DNA of 64,000 nucleotides from an uncultured Planctomycetota bacterium (lineage in GTDB: Bacteria > Planctomycetota > Planctomycetia > Pirellulales > Lacipirellulaceae), in assembly GCA_963719315.1 (NCBI GenBank), contig CAVRBU010000002.1, positions 736,001-800,000 of the forward strand, given 5' to 3'. The notes beneath the pieces are model-generated. The model saw only the letters and a program-made list of their open reading frames with translations, was not told the DNA's origin and ran no database searches. Position numbers and translations under genes: made by a program. Position 1 is the first letter of the stretch; each line of letters opens with the position of its first letter. Positions 18,030 to 28,680 of this stretch are shown here, one piece after another.

Positions 18030-18902
18030 ATGAAGACCCTCCTAACATTTGGCGCATTCCTCATCACCGTGAGCCCGTTCGCGAAGTTCGCCCAAGCTAC
18101 CAATCAACACGCGACGGCCCCTGGCGAGCCAGTCGGTTTCTTTCAAGCCATCGAGGATCATCAGATCGACGTAAAGTTCATCGCCAAAAGCGATCATGAA
18201 GCGCGCGTTCTCGTGAAGAACAACACCAAGCAGCCGATCAGTTTGAAGGTGCCTGAGGCATTCGCCGGCGTGCCCCTTGCGCAGTTCGGTGGTGGAGGTC
18301 GCGGCGGTGGCGGCGGCGGTCGCGGCGGCGGCGGTTTCAGCGGCGGGGGCGGCGGACAACAACAAAGCGTCGGTGGTGGCGGTGGCGGCGGTGGAATTGG
18401 CGGCGGCGGCGGTGGTGGTGGTGGCTTCTTCAGTGTACCGCCCGAAGAAACCGCCAAGATCGACGTAGAGGTCGTATGCCTCGATCACGGCCTTCGCGCT
18501 CCGAACTCTTCGGCCGCTTACAAGATCGTGCCGGCGGAAGAATTCCTCGAAGATCGGCCGGCCGTCGTTGAATTGTTGAAAGCCTTTGGCCAAGGCGAAC
18601 TGCAACACGGCGCCGTTCAAGCCGCGGCCTGGAACTTGAACAATGATCTCAGTTGGGACCAACTTCGCGCACAACTGCAGGGTACACGGCGCAGCTTAAG
18701 CCGTCCGCCGTATTTCACGGCCGACGAAATTCGCATCGGCATGGCCTACGCCCATCAGGCGACAAGTCTGGCCGCAGCCAACGCCGAGAAGTACGCCCAA
18801 GCCAAGAAAGCCCGGGCCGAGAAATTGGCTAAAGAAAGAGCCGAAAGCAGCCAGGCCCGCAGCACCGTCGACGCCGATTCTGCCGAACCGGTAACCAAAT
18901 AA
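18030..18902 (+). CDS. Secreted hypothetical protein with poly-Gly linker
   Basis: Signal peptide, AQFGGG...GFFSVPPE, VCLDHG, QAAAW. Confidence 0.85.
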   Translation: MKTLLTFGAFLITVSPFAKFAQATNQHATAPGEPVGFFQAIEDHQIDVKFIAKSDHEARVLVKNNTKQPISLKVPEAFAGVPLAQFGGGGRGGGGGGRGGGGFSGGGGGQQQSVGGGGGGGGIGGGGGGGGGFFSVPPEETAKIDVEVVCLDHGLRAPNSSAAYKIVPAEEFLEDRPAVVELLKAFGQGELQHGAVQAAAWNLNNDLSWDQLRAQLQGTRRSLSRPPYFTADEIRIGMAYAHQATSLAAANAEKYAQAKKARAEKLAKERAESSQARSTVDADSAEPVTK

Positions 18903-19024
18903 ATCGTAGACAAATGCAAAACTCAAACCGATTTCACCGGTTAGAGTGTTGAGCACAGTTGCAAACTCCGCCGCTTGCGGCTTAGCGCCCTTCAAAGACG
19001 CCGAAGCCAGCCTGCGGCAACTCG

Positions 19025-20728
19025 TCACGCCGCTCGCGCTTCCTCTATTTCCAAGTCGCGAATCGAAGCCAATAACCGGCGGATTTCCGCCTGGTAATCC
19101 GTCCGCTCGAGATGCCATTGCGATTCCAGTTGCTCGTAGTGCAACTGCTGCCGGTCTAGTTCCTGCTCGCGTGCCACCAACCGCGTCGCTTGCGCTTCGA
19201 TATCCGCGTGGCGCCGCTCGGCCCACGCGCCCAGCTCCGTCCGCTGCACTTCGAGCGCCTGTAACTGCTGTGTTAGTTCGCTGCGGACCAATTCCAAGTG
19301 TTCGGAGCGCTCCGCGATTTCCGCGAGCGTCAATTGATAATGGTCTGCGAGCTTGGATCGCACTTGAGAAATCGACCGCGTCAAACTCGCCGGCGCCAGC
19401 GCACCCGAAAGCTGCGCCCACGTCTCTTCCGTGGCCAACCGCATTTCCAACACTTCGCGCTGCGTCGCCCGCAACTCGGCCTGCATTTGGGCAAGCGCAT
19501 TCTCACGGGCGTCCACATCGGCCTCGCGTTGCTCGAGTTCCTGGATACGGTGTTGTTGCTCGGTCTGTGCCAACTGCTGCTGCGCGACCATCGATCGCCG
19601 CTCGCGCACTGCTTGCTCTTCCAACTGCCGCCGCTGGTTTAGCAGTTCTCGGATCCCGTCGGTCAATTCGGCCTTTTCCTGGGTCAATTGCGCTTCAGCC
19701 TCGTCCAGGTAACGCCGCCGCGCGGCAAACTTCCGCGCTTCTTCCTGCATTACTTGCATCCGCTCTTCAGTCACTCCCAGTCGCTCGTATCGCTCTAATG
19801 CCGTTTCGATTTCTTGTTGGCGATACTCGAGCTGCCGCTCCGTGCTGTTCAACTCGGCTTCGCGGCGGGATAGATCCGACAGCGCCTTGCGTAGCTCGGC
19901 TCGCCCGATTTCCAATTCGCCAGCGCGCTGCCGAAGCGCCTCAGTCTGCTGTTCGAATTCGTCGCTCTGCGCTTGCAGTCGCGATTCCCAATCGGAGATT
20001 TTCTCTTCGCGGCGCTCGACTTCGGCCAGTCGTTCATCGGCGCGGGCCTTATCCGCCATCACCTGCTCGATGTCGCGATAGAGAATCGCCTGCCGCTGAT
20101 CCAGTTCGCGATGGCGATCTTCGATTGATTCTTTGCGCGCCTGCAAGCGTTCGTGCCTCTCGTCCCACGCCGCCCGATCTTCGTCTAGCGAAGCCAGCCG
20201 ATTTTGTATTTCAGTTTTTGTCTGTTCCAGTCCAGCCAGTTGGGCTTGCAGCCGATACTCGCGCTCTGCGAGCGACTCCTCACGAACTTTCGTCAACTCT
20301 TTGGAGCGAGCTTCCGCGGCCGCCTCGCGATCGAGAATTTCTTGTTCGCGGGCTGCAACAACGTCAGCACGTTCGTCCAGTTCTTGTTGCCGCTCGGCCA
20401 GCCATTGCCGCGCACTCTCCCACTTCGCATCCAGATCGGCCTCTTGCGCGGCTAGCGCGTTTTGCCGGCGATCGAGCGCCGATTGCTCGCCTTGCAATCG
20501 ATCGGCCAATTGGGCCGCATGTTCGCGCAACTGATCCAACGAATGTTCCACGACGCTGCTCGCAGCGCTCGAATGTGCTTCGAACGCCGCGCCAACTGGC
20601 TGCAGCGCGACGCGTTCGCCAACCGCTTGCAGCACACGTTTCGGCGCGGCGTGCGGTTGGTCGATTCGTATCTCGCCGCCGAAAAAGCCGGGGCTCTCGG
20701 TGGATTTGAGTTCACCTTCGCTCGACAT
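19025..20728 (-). CDS. Long coiled-coil protein (start uncertain)
   Basis: E/Q/R/L-rich heptad pattern over more than 450 aa. Confidence 0.85.
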   Translation of the reverse strand: MSSEGELKSTESPGFFGGEIRIDQPHAAPKRVLQAVGERVALQPVGAAFEAHSSAASSVVEHSLDQLREHAAQLADRLQGEQSALDRRQNALAAQEADLDAKWESARQWLAERQQELDERADVVAAREQEILDREAAAEARSKELTKVREESLAEREYRLQAQLAGLEQTKTEIQNRLASLDEDRAAWDERHERLQARKESIEDRHRELDQRQAILYRDIEQVMADKARADERLAEVERREEKISDWESRLQAQSDEFEQQTEALRQRAGELEIGRAELRKALSDLSRREAELNSTERQLEYRQQEIETALERYERLGVTEERMQVMQEEARKFAARRRYLDEAEAQLTQEKAELTDGIRELLNQRRQLEEQAVRERRSMVAQQQLAQTEQQHRIQELEQREADVDARENALAQMQAELRATQREVLEMRLATEETWAQLSGALAPASLTRSISQVRSKLADHYQLTLAEIAERSEHLELVRSELTQQLQALEVQRTELGAWAERRHADIEAQATRLVAREQELDRQQLHYEQLESQWHLERTDYQAEIRRLLASIRDLEIEEARAA

Positions 20729-21028
20729 ACTACGAGACCTTGGGAGCAGGGAGGAGATTCGCCGCAAAGTTTCGCTAATCGGCAAAACTTACTAGTTGAC
20801 CATCGGCACTATGCCGCAAAACTCCACCACAACCGATGCAGATCGCCACACTCCCGTAGAGCGGCGAGCGTGGCGATATTGGGCAACGTCTTTAGAGCGC
20901 TGGCACTGCCAGCGATGAAGCGAGCCAATGTTACGACAGCAGGCGACTTTCCTGTCAATTCATCCCGGATGAACATCGACAGGCGAGCCGCCTGTCGCTA
21001 CCGGCTGACGACCGCTTGCAGCACCGGC

Positions 21029-21353
21029 TTAAACCTTAGCGGCGTCGATCGCTTGCTGAAGCTTCGTCTTTGGCTGCACGCCGACAAACCGATCCACGAC
21101 TTCGCCGTTCTTGAACAACATCAAGGTGGGGATGCTGCTCACGCCGAAGCTTTGGGCCGAGTTCGGGCGCTTCGTCCACGTTGAGTTTGCCGATCTTAAT
21201 GGTTCCCTGGTTCTCACCGGCCAATTGTTCGATCACCGGGGCGATTTGGCGACAGGGCCCGCACCACGGCGCCCAAAAGTCGACGAGCACCGGTCCGCTA
21301 GCTTGCAAAACTTCACTGTCAAAATTTTTGTCGTCAAATTCAGGTACGCCCAT
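21029..21353 (-). CDS. trxA: Thioredoxin, frameshifted near 21167
   Basis: [14 protein letters not shown] in one frame; [15 protein letters not shown] in another; one extra C. Confidence 0.92.
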
Positions 21354-21567
21354 CGCTACGGTCTCCTTTGCACAATATGCCTTACGTTCGCCGTGAATTA
21401 TAAGATCTCGCGGTCGAGTGTCAACGACGCCTCGGGGATTGCCGCCAAACACTAGATCAGGAATACTGACAAAGCATGTTGGGGCTCGGTTCGCCGGGCG
21501 GAAACAGCCGCTCTCTGGTGAGGAAGCAAGCCCGCCCGCGTCGCCAGATCAAGAATGGAGGAATACC

Positions 21568-22158
21568 ATGGCCGCCACGTCCAGCACGATGTTGCCCCTT
21601 GGCACGAAAGCTCCGAATTTCACGCTCGTCAACGTCGATGGACGATCGGTTTCGCTTAAGGACTTCGACGGCGCTCCAGCGCTACTTGTGATATTCATGT
21701 GCAACCATTGCCCGGTCGTCTTACACGTCGCGGATGCTCTCGCAGAATTTGCTGCTGAGTACACTGCGAAGGGCGCAGCGATCGTCGGCATCAGCTCGAA
21801 CGATGTATCGAAGTATCCGGCCGACTCGCCCGAGCAAATGGTGCGCGAAGCCGAAGTCCGCGGCTACGTGTTCCCCTACCTTTATGATGAAACGCAGGAG
21901 GTGGCCAAGGCTTATCGGGCGGCTTGCACGCCCGACTTCTTCTTGTTTGACCGCGACCGGCGGCTAGCCTATCGCGGTCAGTTTGATAGCAGCCGGCCCG
22001 GCAACGGCGTACCCGTAACCGGCGCCGATTTGAGGGCCGCGTTGGATGCGGTTCTGGCCGGTAAGAAGCCGAATGAGAAACAAACGCCCAGCATTGGCTG
22101 CAACATCAAGTGGATTGAGGGCAACGAGCCCGATTACTTTATGCCCCATCCGAAGTAA
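21568..22158 (+). CDS. Thioredoxin-fold AhpC/TSA-like redoxin
   Basis: FMCNHCP, YPADSPE, AACTPDFF, PSIGCNIKW; GGAGG RBS. Confidence 0.92.
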   Translation: MAATSSTMLPLGTKAPNFTLVNVDGRSVSLKDFDGAPALLVIFMCNHCPVVLHVADALAEFAAEYTAKGAAIVGISSNDVSKYPADSPEQMVREAEVRGYVFPYLYDETQEVAKAYRAACTPDFFLFDRDRRLAYRGQFDSSRPGNGVPVTGADLRAALDAVLAGKKPNEKQTPSIGCNIKWIEGNEPDYFMPHPK

Positions 22159-22284
22159 GACTGCTACATGCATGAGGTGCTAGCAACGCCGAGGCGACCT
22201 TTACCGGCGCTACCCTTGCAGGCTATCCTTCCGCTCGCCGAACTCTTGCGAACCAGGCTTTTCATCAAGCCGTCGGAGGGAATC

Positions 22285-23094
22285 ATGTTGTTTGGATCGA
22301 TTCACGGTGCGCGTCGCACGAACTCGCTGGCCGGAGTGGGCTGGCTCGTCGTTGTCGTTGCAATCGCTAGCGGCGCGGGCCAGTTGTTGGGTGAAGGTTT
22401 TCGCATTCAAACGAAGATCTACGTCGGAGATGAAAAGGAACCTACCAGCAAAACCACAACACTGTTTCAAGACGGCGTCGTGTATGACTTCCTCGAGAAT
22501 CCAGAGCAGACGGCAGTGTTTCGCAAGCCAACGGGCGACAAGCCTGCCCGGTTCATCCTACTAAACGATCAAAAGCAGGCTCAGACAGAGGTCTCGACCG
22601 AAAAATTGAGCGCTGCAATGAAAAAGCTTCGCACTTGGGCTGTTGAACAGAAAGACCCTTTCCTGCAGTTTTCCGCCAATCCGCAGTTCAAAGAAACATT
22701 CGATCGTGACAGCGGCAGGCTGGTGCTGACCAGCTATATAGAAACGTACACGGTCGAGACGAACCAAACACAGCATCAAGATATGTTAGGCTCGTACCGC
22801 GAGTTTCTGGATTGGTACACGCAGTTGAACACACTCTTGACCGGAGGAGGAATCCCGCCCGATCCGCGGCTGAAGCTCAACGAGGTGCTCGCGCGTCATA
22901 AAGCGATTCCCACCAAAGTCGAATTGAAGCGAGCCGGCGAAGACCCGATTCGTGCCGAACACGATTTCACCTGGCGGCTGTCTCAGGATGATCTTGAGCG
23001 CATCGATGACGTGCATAATGCGTTGTCAAAATATAAGTCCATGGAAAATGCGGAGTTCCTGCAACTCGACCATCCGCTCAAAGCCACCAAGTGA
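22285..23094 (+). CDS. Secreted hypothetical protein
   Basis: GGAGG before ATG 22285; signal-like N-terminus. Confidence 0.75.
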   Translation: MLFGSIHGARRTNSLAGVGWLVVVVAIASGAGQLLGEGFRIQTKIYVGDEKEPTSKTTTLFQDGVVYDFLENPEQTAVFRKPTGDKPARFILLNDQKQAQTEVSTEKLSAAMKKLRTWAVEQKDPFLQFSANPQFKETFDRDSGRLVLTSYIETYTVETNQTQHQDMLGSYREFLDWYTQLNTLLTGGGIPPDPRLKLNEVLARHKAIPTKVELKRAGEDPIRAEHDFTWRLSQDDLERIDDVHNALSKYKSMENAEFLQLDHPLKATK

Positions 23095-23137
23095 ACGGGG
23101 TGAGCGGTGGATACGAGCAATCCAGAGTGGACTCAAC

Positions 23138-23995
23138 TTATTCCCGCGTGAGTTGCTTAAACCGCTTTTCCAGATCGCGAGTCATCGGCCCCGGATTCCC
23201 CATGCCAATGACGCGGCTATCGACTTTGACAACTGGAATAACCTCGGCGGCCGTGCCTGTGAGAAAACACTCGTCCGCCACATAAACATCGTGCTTGGTG
23301 AGCGGCGCTTCGTGCACCTTGATTCCGATGTTGCCCGCGATTTCAATCACGGCATCACGCGTAACCCCCTGCAGAATTCCCGCTTCGAGCGGCGGCGTCC
23401 ACAACTCGCCGTGCCGCACGAGAAAGATGTTGTCTCCCGTACACTCGGCAACCTCGCCTTTCTGGTTAAGCATGAGCGCTTCGATGCACCCCGCCTGCAA
23501 GCCTTCGATCTTGGCCAGGATATTGTTGAGATAGTTTAGCGACTTGATCCGCGGATTGAGCGCCGCCGGGTGCATCCGTTGCACGCTCACTGTGGCGATC
23601 TCCAGGCCTTTCTCGTACAACTCCTTGGGATACAACGCGATCGCATCGGCGATAATGATCACTTGCGGGTTACTGCAACGATTGGGATCGAGCCCTAGCG
23701 TGCCGGCGCCACGCGTCACGACGAGGCGAATGTAACCGTCGTCGATCTTGTTGATGCGTACCGCTTCTTTCACCGCAGCGGACATCGCATCCGGCGTTAG
23801 CGGAACATCAAGCCGAATCGCCTTTGCCGATTCGTACAGCCGCGTAATGTGCTGACCAAGCCGGAAAACATTGCCGCCGTAGGCCCGTAAGCCTTCGAAA
23901 ACGCCGTCGCCATACAGCAGCCCATGATCGAAGACGCTGATCTTGGCTTCTTCTTGCGGAACAAACTTGCCGCTGATGTAGATTTGGCGGGGCAT
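23138..23995 (-). CDS. ilvE: Branched-chain amino acid aminotransferase (class IV)
   Basis: DHGLLYGDGVFEG, IKSLNY, ECTGDNIF, ILQGVTR, FLTGTAAE. Confidence 0.95.
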   Translation of the reverse strand: MPRQIYISGKFVPQEEAKISVFDHGLLYGDGVFEGLRAYGGNVFRLGQHITRLYESAKAIRLDVPLTPDAMSAAVKEAVRINKIDDGYIRLVVTRGAGTLGLDPNRCSNPQVIIIADAIALYPKELYEKGLEIATVSVQRMHPAALNPRIKSLNYLNNILAKIEGLQAGCIEALMLNQKGEVAECTGDNIFLVRHGELWTPPLEAGILQGVTRDAVIEIAGNIGIKVHEAPLTKHDVYVADECFLTGTAAEVIPVVKVDSRVIGMGNPGPMTRDLEKRFKQLTRE

Positions 23996-24049
23996 GGGTC
24001 AGTTCACAATGTTTGCTTCCAGGTACACTGCGAGCACGAATAACATGTA

Positions 24050-24130
24050 AAGACAAGGAGGCAAGGAGAGGAGGAGATTCGTGTTTTAATGTTTCTCCTT
24101 GACTCCTTGTCTCCCCATTTCTTTGTCTTT
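24050..24130. repeat. Inverted pair of about 8-nt tandem repeats between lolD and ilvE
   Basis: AGACAAGG AGGCAAGG AGAGGAGG AGA ... TCTCCTTG ACTCCTTG TCTCCCC. Confidence 0.7.
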
Positions 24131-24199
24131 GCGAACGACGTCTTTGTGCACCAAACCCCTAGTGGAGCTTCACAAAGGACACACGGCCAACCGCCAGGT

Positions 24200-25114
24200 T
24201 CACGCGGCGACGACGCGGCCGTCGACTAGGGTGACGGTGCGGTCGGCTTCGGCGGCGATTCGCGAGTCGTGCGTCACCATGACTATAGTGAGGTTTTGCT
24301 CGCGGTTCAACCGACGCAGAATCTGCATGATTTCCTCGCCCGTGTTTTTGTCGAGATTGCCGGTCGGTTCGTCTGCCAGCAATACGCGCGGGGACGCGAC
24401 GAGTGCTCGCGCGATCGCCGTGCGTTGCATCTCGCCGCCGGAAAGCTCGCGCGGCTTGTGCTTAAGGCGGTGCCCCAACCCGACGAGTTCCAACATTTCA
24501 CAGGCACGTTCCTTGTACGCACGGCGTCGACGCCAATAACCCAACACGCTCTCGCCGATCATCGCCGGCGACAGCACGTTTTCAAGTGTCGTGAGCTCGG
24601 GCAGCAAGTGATAGAACTGGAACACCATACCGAAGTATTTATTGCGCAGGATGTCGCGTCCGGCCGAGGGAACGTTGTCGATCCGATGCCCTTCAAAGCA
24701 AATCTCTCCGGAGTCCGGAGCGTCGAGCGTGGCGAGCAGGTGCAGCAACGTGGTTTTGCCGCAACCGCTGGGACCGATGATCGAGACGAATTCTCCCTCG
24801 TTGATGGAAAGCTCGACGCCCTGCAACACGGGAATGACGATCGATGCCTTGCGGTAGCTTTTGCGAACGTAATGGGCGGCCAGCAGTTCGCGAGTGCCTG
24901 CCGCATCTGGCGCGAGCATCTGTGAGACTGTTTGCGGCGCGCCGTAGACAATCTGGTTGTGCGCCGTTCGCGCCGAGCTAGTCTGTTGGTTAAGCAACGA
25001 AGGCACTGGCGCAGTCAGCGGCACCCGAACTTTTGGCGGCGGGGACAGCGGCATGTCAGATAGGTTCAGCCCATGCGATTCGTAGATTGACGGCATGTTA
25101 TAGGTGTCACTCAT
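24200..25114 (-). CDS. lolD: Lipoprotein-releasing ABC transporter ATP-binding subunit (start uncertain)
   Basis: GPSGCGKTT, VFQFYHLLPE, LSGGEMQR, LADEPTGNLD. Confidence 0.9.
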   Translation of the reverse strand: MSDTYNMPSIYESHGLNLSDMPLSPPPKVRVPLTAPVPSLLNQQTSSARTAHNQIVYGAPQTVSQMLAPDAAGTRELLAAHYVRKSYRKASIVIPVLQGVELSINEGEFVSIIGPSGCGKTTLLHLLATLDAPDSGEICFEGHRIDNVPSAGRDILRNKYFGMVFQFYHLLPELTTLENVLSPAMIGESVLGYWRRRRAYKERACEMLELVGLGHRLKHKPRELSGGEMQRTAIARALVASPRVLLADEPTGNLDKNTGEEIMQILRRLNREQNLTIVMVTHDSRIAAEADRTVTLVDGRVVAA

Positions 25115-26630
25115 AGCGGAGGGCCTCGACCGGGTGAAGCCGCGCAGCGCGCTGCGCGGGCAGGATACTGGCCAGGACTGCGATACCCATCGAACCTAGA
25201 ACTATCCAGGCAACGGTCGGCCACTCGATGATCGTGGGAATCTTCTGAAAGTAATAAATCGACGGATCGAAGACCGGCTGACCCGTGATGCGGCCCAGCA
25301 AGTCGGCGATTTCATTGATGTAGCGAACGAACAGCAACCCGAGCCCCAGGCCAACGCTCGCACCGACGACGCCGAGGCTCAGTCCGTAGCCCAGGAAAAT
25401 GCCCATGATTCCTCGGCCGGTCGCGCCGAGCGATTTCAGAATGCCGATGTCGCGAGTCTTCTCGAACACGATCATGAAGAAGATCGCGAGGATGCCGAAA
25501 CCGGCCACCGCGATGATCAGGAACAAGAGCACATTGAGCACGGCCGTTTCCATTTGCACTGCGGCGAGCAGGGCCCCTTCCTTATCGCGCCAAGTGCTGA
25601 TTTTGAAGACCTGCGGCGGGAATTTGTCTCGCAATAGGTCCCGAACCATGTTGAGATCTACACATTCCTTTAGCCGAATCTGGATCGCGTTACAGTTCGC
25701 GATGCCGGTCGAGGGATCGACCATCCCGCGGAGCTCTTGCAGTTTGCGGATCGGAACAAACACGAAACTCGAGTCGTATTCGTTCATTTTGCTTTCGTAA
25801 AAATCAACGCAGGTGAACTTCGCACTTAGCACCTTGGGCGGCTTGCCAGCCGTCGGGTAGCTGATTTCGACATCATCCCCGGGGAGGGCGAGGAAGCCGT
25901 CGGAGCCGTCCAGCATCCGATAACCGCACAGACCTATGCCGAGCACGCAACCGGTGTGTTGGTCCTTAGCGGGATTGAAATCGGTGCCTTCCGGGGCAGC
26001 GGGGCCAATCGCATCGGGCCCGCCGCTGTGAGCACTCTGGAACGGGTTGCCTTCGAGGGCGCCCTCCGGAACGATCACGTGCGACATAAACTTTGCATTG
26101 CGCCGACGATACTCCCAGCCGGCTTTCTGCATTTCGTGCCGCGGTTGAATTTTGCTGGGATCGGTCGCCTGGTGATCAAGCATATCGTAACCGCCCTCTT
26201 TGAGGCGGAAGTCGAGCTTCTCGCGGTTCGCGGGGTGCTGCAGAAACTGGCCGAAGTCACTGACAGTCGCATACGTCCCCTCATCAACGCCGATGAGCGT
26301 AATTTGCTTGTTGATGTAATTGCTTCCGTAAGAGTATCCGAGCATGGCCGGAACGTGCACGGTGGGCGACATTCCCGAGATGTACTTCCCGGCAACATTG
26401 CGAATTTCCGCCATGCGGCGATCGGCATCCGGAAAGCCGTCGAGCCCGAGGCCTTCGAACACGATGTCGGAAAGGATGCCGTGAATGCGGTCTTTCATCT
26501 CGTGCGTGAAACCCTCCATGACGGAGTTGACGACGATCATCGTCGCCACGCCGAGCATCACGCTGACGATTGAGGCTAACGCGATATAGCGGGTGCGGAG
26601 GTAGCGCCAGCAGAGTAGAAGTTTGTACAT
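25107..26630 (-). CDS. lolC: LolC/E-family ABC permease
   Basis: RYLR...LGVATMIVVNSVMEGF; EKTRDIGILKSLGA; PAQRAARLHPVEALRYE; lysS-lolC-lolD order. Confidence 0.9.
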   Translation of the reverse strand: MYKLLLCWRYLRTRYIALASIVSVMLGVATMIVVNSVMEGFTHEMKDRIHGILSDIVFEGLGLDGFPDADRRMAEIRNVAGKYISGMSPTVHVPAMLGYSYGSNYINKQITLIGVDEGTYATVSDFGQFLQHPANREKLDFRLKEGGYDMLDHQATDPSKIQPRHEMQKAGWEYRRRNAKFMSHVIVPEGALEGNPFQSAHSGGPDAIGPAAPEGTDFNPAKDQHTGCVLGIGLCGYRMLDGSDGFLALPGDDVEISYPTAGKPPKVLSAKFTCVDFYESKMNEYDSSFVFVPIRKLQELRGMVDPSTGIANCNAIQIRLKECVDLNMVRDLLRDKFPPQVFKISTWRDKEGALLAAVQMETAVLNVLLFLIIAVAGFGILAIFFMIVFEKTRDIGILKSLGATGRGIMGIFLGYGLSLGVVGASVGLGLGLLFVRYINEIADLLGRITGQPVFDPSIYYFQKIPTIIEWPTVAWIVLGSMGIAVLASILPAQRAARLHPVEALRYE

Positions 26631-26649
26631 GAAATCCCGTCCTTGGGAT

Positions 26650-26730
26650 GAAGGTGTAAGGCATAAGGTGTAAGTCGTAAGTTCGGATTTCGATTCTTAC
26701 ATTTCGACTAATGCCTTATACCTTATTCTA
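26650..26730. repeat. Inverted pair of heptamer tandem repeats between lysS and lolC
   Basis: Minus strand: TAG AATAAGG TATAAGG ... CTTACGA CTTACAC CTTATGC CTTACAC CTTCATC. Confidence 0.75.
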
Positions 26731-28308
26731 TTCTGGTCTTAACAACGGAAACAAAACCACATCCCTGATCGATTGCGTATTCGTTAGCAGCATCACCAGT
26801 CGGTCGATGCCGAGGCCTAGGCCGCCGGCCGGGGGCATGCCGTGGCGCAGTGCGCGGATGAAGTCGGTGTCCATCTTGGCCATCGAGTCTTCGTCGGCCA
26901 GACCCGCGAGCTGCGTTTTCAATAGCTGTTCCTGCAAATCTGGGTCGTTGAGTTCGGTATAGGCGTTAGCGATTTCCATGCCGTGCACGAGCAATTCAAA
27001 CCGCTCCGCCACCGCCGGGTTGTCGGCCTTGCGCTTGGTGAGCGGGCAGATGCTGGCCGGGTAGTCGATGACAAAGATGGGTCCGGTGAGCGACTTCTCG
27101 ATCTTGGCCTCGAAGACCTCGCTCTTGATGACGTCGGGGTGCTTACCGGCCGATTCGAGACCGGCCGTTTTCGCGATGCTGGCGACGGCGGCCGGGTCGG
27201 TGGCATCGATGTTCAATAAATCGCGGAACAGCTCATCATACGATTTGCGGGCGAACGGCGGCGTGAAGTCGATCCTCTTATTACCCCACGTGAGTGTCAG
27301 CGGCTGTCCGGTCGAGCGGATGGCATCGACGATGCAGGTTTCGGTGAGGTCCATCATCGAGCGGTAATCGCCATAGGCCTGATAGGCCTCGAGCATCGTA
27401 AATTCAGGATTATGGCGCTGGCTGATGCCTTCGTTGCGATACACGCGGCCCAACTCATAAACCCGTTCCATGCCGCCAACCATCAGCCGCTTGAGATGCA
27501 GTTCGAGCGCGATTCGCAGATAGAGGTCGATATCGAGCGCGTTGTGGTGTGTTTTGAACGGGCGGGCAGCCGCGCCGCCGGCGATCGAATGGAGCGTCGG
27601 CCCTTCGACTTCCACAAACCCGCGCGCGGCAAGCGTGTCGCGAATCGAGCGGATGATCTTGGTGCGGTTCAAAAATCGCGGCATCACTCCTTCGCCGTAA
27701 GTAAGGTCGAGGTAGCGCTGCCGCTGGCGGAGTTCGGGGTCGGTTAGGCCGTGGTGCTTTTCGGGCGGAGCGGCAAGGCTCTTGGTGAGGATCGTGAGCC
27801 GGTGGGCGAAGATCGAAAGCTCGCCCGTCTTCGTGCGGCGGAGCTCGCCATCGACGCCGATGATGTCGCCCAAGTCGAGACATTGCGCTAGTGCCCAATC
27901 GTCGCCCACTTGTTGCTGACCGACGAAGAGCTGGATCTGGCCAGTCATATCTCGAATATCAATGAACTGTAGCTTGCCCTTGTCGCGATGGAGCACAATA
28001 CGCCCGGCGGCCCGAACGTTCGGCCCCGTCATTTCGCCGGGGCCCTGCTCCGAAAGCCATTTGCGGAAATCAAAATCGGCGCCGGCGGTTGCGAGATCGG
28101 GTAGCGGCACCTGGCGGCCGTCTTGCGTTTTGTACTTGATCTCGTTCGCACGCCCGCGGATTGCGGTAATGGCAGCATGGTCATCGAACCGCAAGCCCCA
28201 CGGATCGAGCCCGAGCTGCGTGATCCGCTCCAACTTTTCGCGACGCGACGACTCCCAATTGCCGCCCGTCGTCGTCGTTGCCGGTTGGTCAGTCACGGTG
28301 GAGCTCAT
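26728..28308 (-). CDS. lysS: Lysine--tRNA ligase (class II)
   Basis: RQRYLDL, GGAAARPF, YLRIALELHLKRL, YRNEG...HNPEFT, GMPPAGGLGLGIDRL. Confidence 0.97.
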   Translation of the reverse strand: MSSTVTDQPATTTTGGNWESSRREKLERITQLGLDPWGLRFDDHAAITAIRGRANEIKYKTQDGRQVPLPDLATAGADFDFRKWLSEQGPGEMTGPNVRAAGRIVLHRDKGKLQFIDIRDMTGQIQLFVGQQQVGDDWALAQCLDLGDIIGVDGELRRTKTGELSIFAHRLTILTKSLAAPPEKHHGLTDPELRQRQRYLDLTYGEGVMPRFLNRTKIIRSIRDTLAARGFVEVEGPTLHSIAGGAAARPFKTHHNALDIDLYLRIALELHLKRLMVGGMERVYELGRVYRNEGISQRHNPEFTMLEAYQAYGDYRSMMDLTETCIVDAIRSTGQPLTLTWGNKRIDFTPPFARKSYDELFRDLLNIDATDPAAVASIAKTAGLESAGKHPDVIKSEVFEAKIEKSLTGPIFVIDYPASICPLTKRKADNPAVAERFELLVHGMEIANAYTELNDPDLQEQLLKTQLAGLADEDSMAKMDTDFIRALRHGMPPAGGLGLGIDRLVMLLTNTQSIRDVVLFPLLRPE

Positions 28309-28579
28309 GCAGGTAGGTGCGCGGCGCGGGTGGGGCGTGCCAAACGTGGGGGGAGGACGCTCGCAACGGGCGGGGACGGAGCATTTTAGTGTGTGGTAGC
28401 AACCGGTCAATGGCGGCTTGGATACCGGTCGTGCCGGCCATCGAATGCAGTCATGCTATCGGAAATCGCTGGTCTGTGCGATACGCGCGCGTTGCGTGCA
28501 GCTGCCGGCTTGTCCGGCAGTGGCACTCGACGCGGCCTGTTGTGGCCGAACTCTTGCGAGATCGGCTACGTAAATCGCG

Positions 28580-28608
28580 TTGACTTGCCTTACAACCATT
28601 CCTACTAT
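28580..28608 (+). promoter_or_regulatory. Sigma70-like promoter
   Basis: TTGACT-N17-TACTAT upstream of ATG 28681. Confidence 0.6.
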
Positions 28609-28680
28609 TCCCTCACCTTCCTTTCATGCCGGCGGCGCTCAGCGGGGACATGGGCGGCCATCGGTCAGGAACAGTTCTTC

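Noticed and set aside
17869..18057. ORF with QGSGFRV repeats
   Set aside because: It is only the translation of the heptamer DNA array on the minus strand.
18285..18425. GGC/GGT-rich tract as a DNA repeat element
   Set aside because: Explained by a poly-Gly coding linker with mixed codons.
18946..20709. 587-aa plus-strand ORF
   Set aside because: Antisense shadow of the coiled-coil gene; Arg/Pro/Ala-rich with no motifs.
21029..21353. Programmed frameshifting in trxA, moxR, FKBP and others
   Set aside because: No slippery heptamers or stimulatory structures; the number of cases fits sequencing error better.
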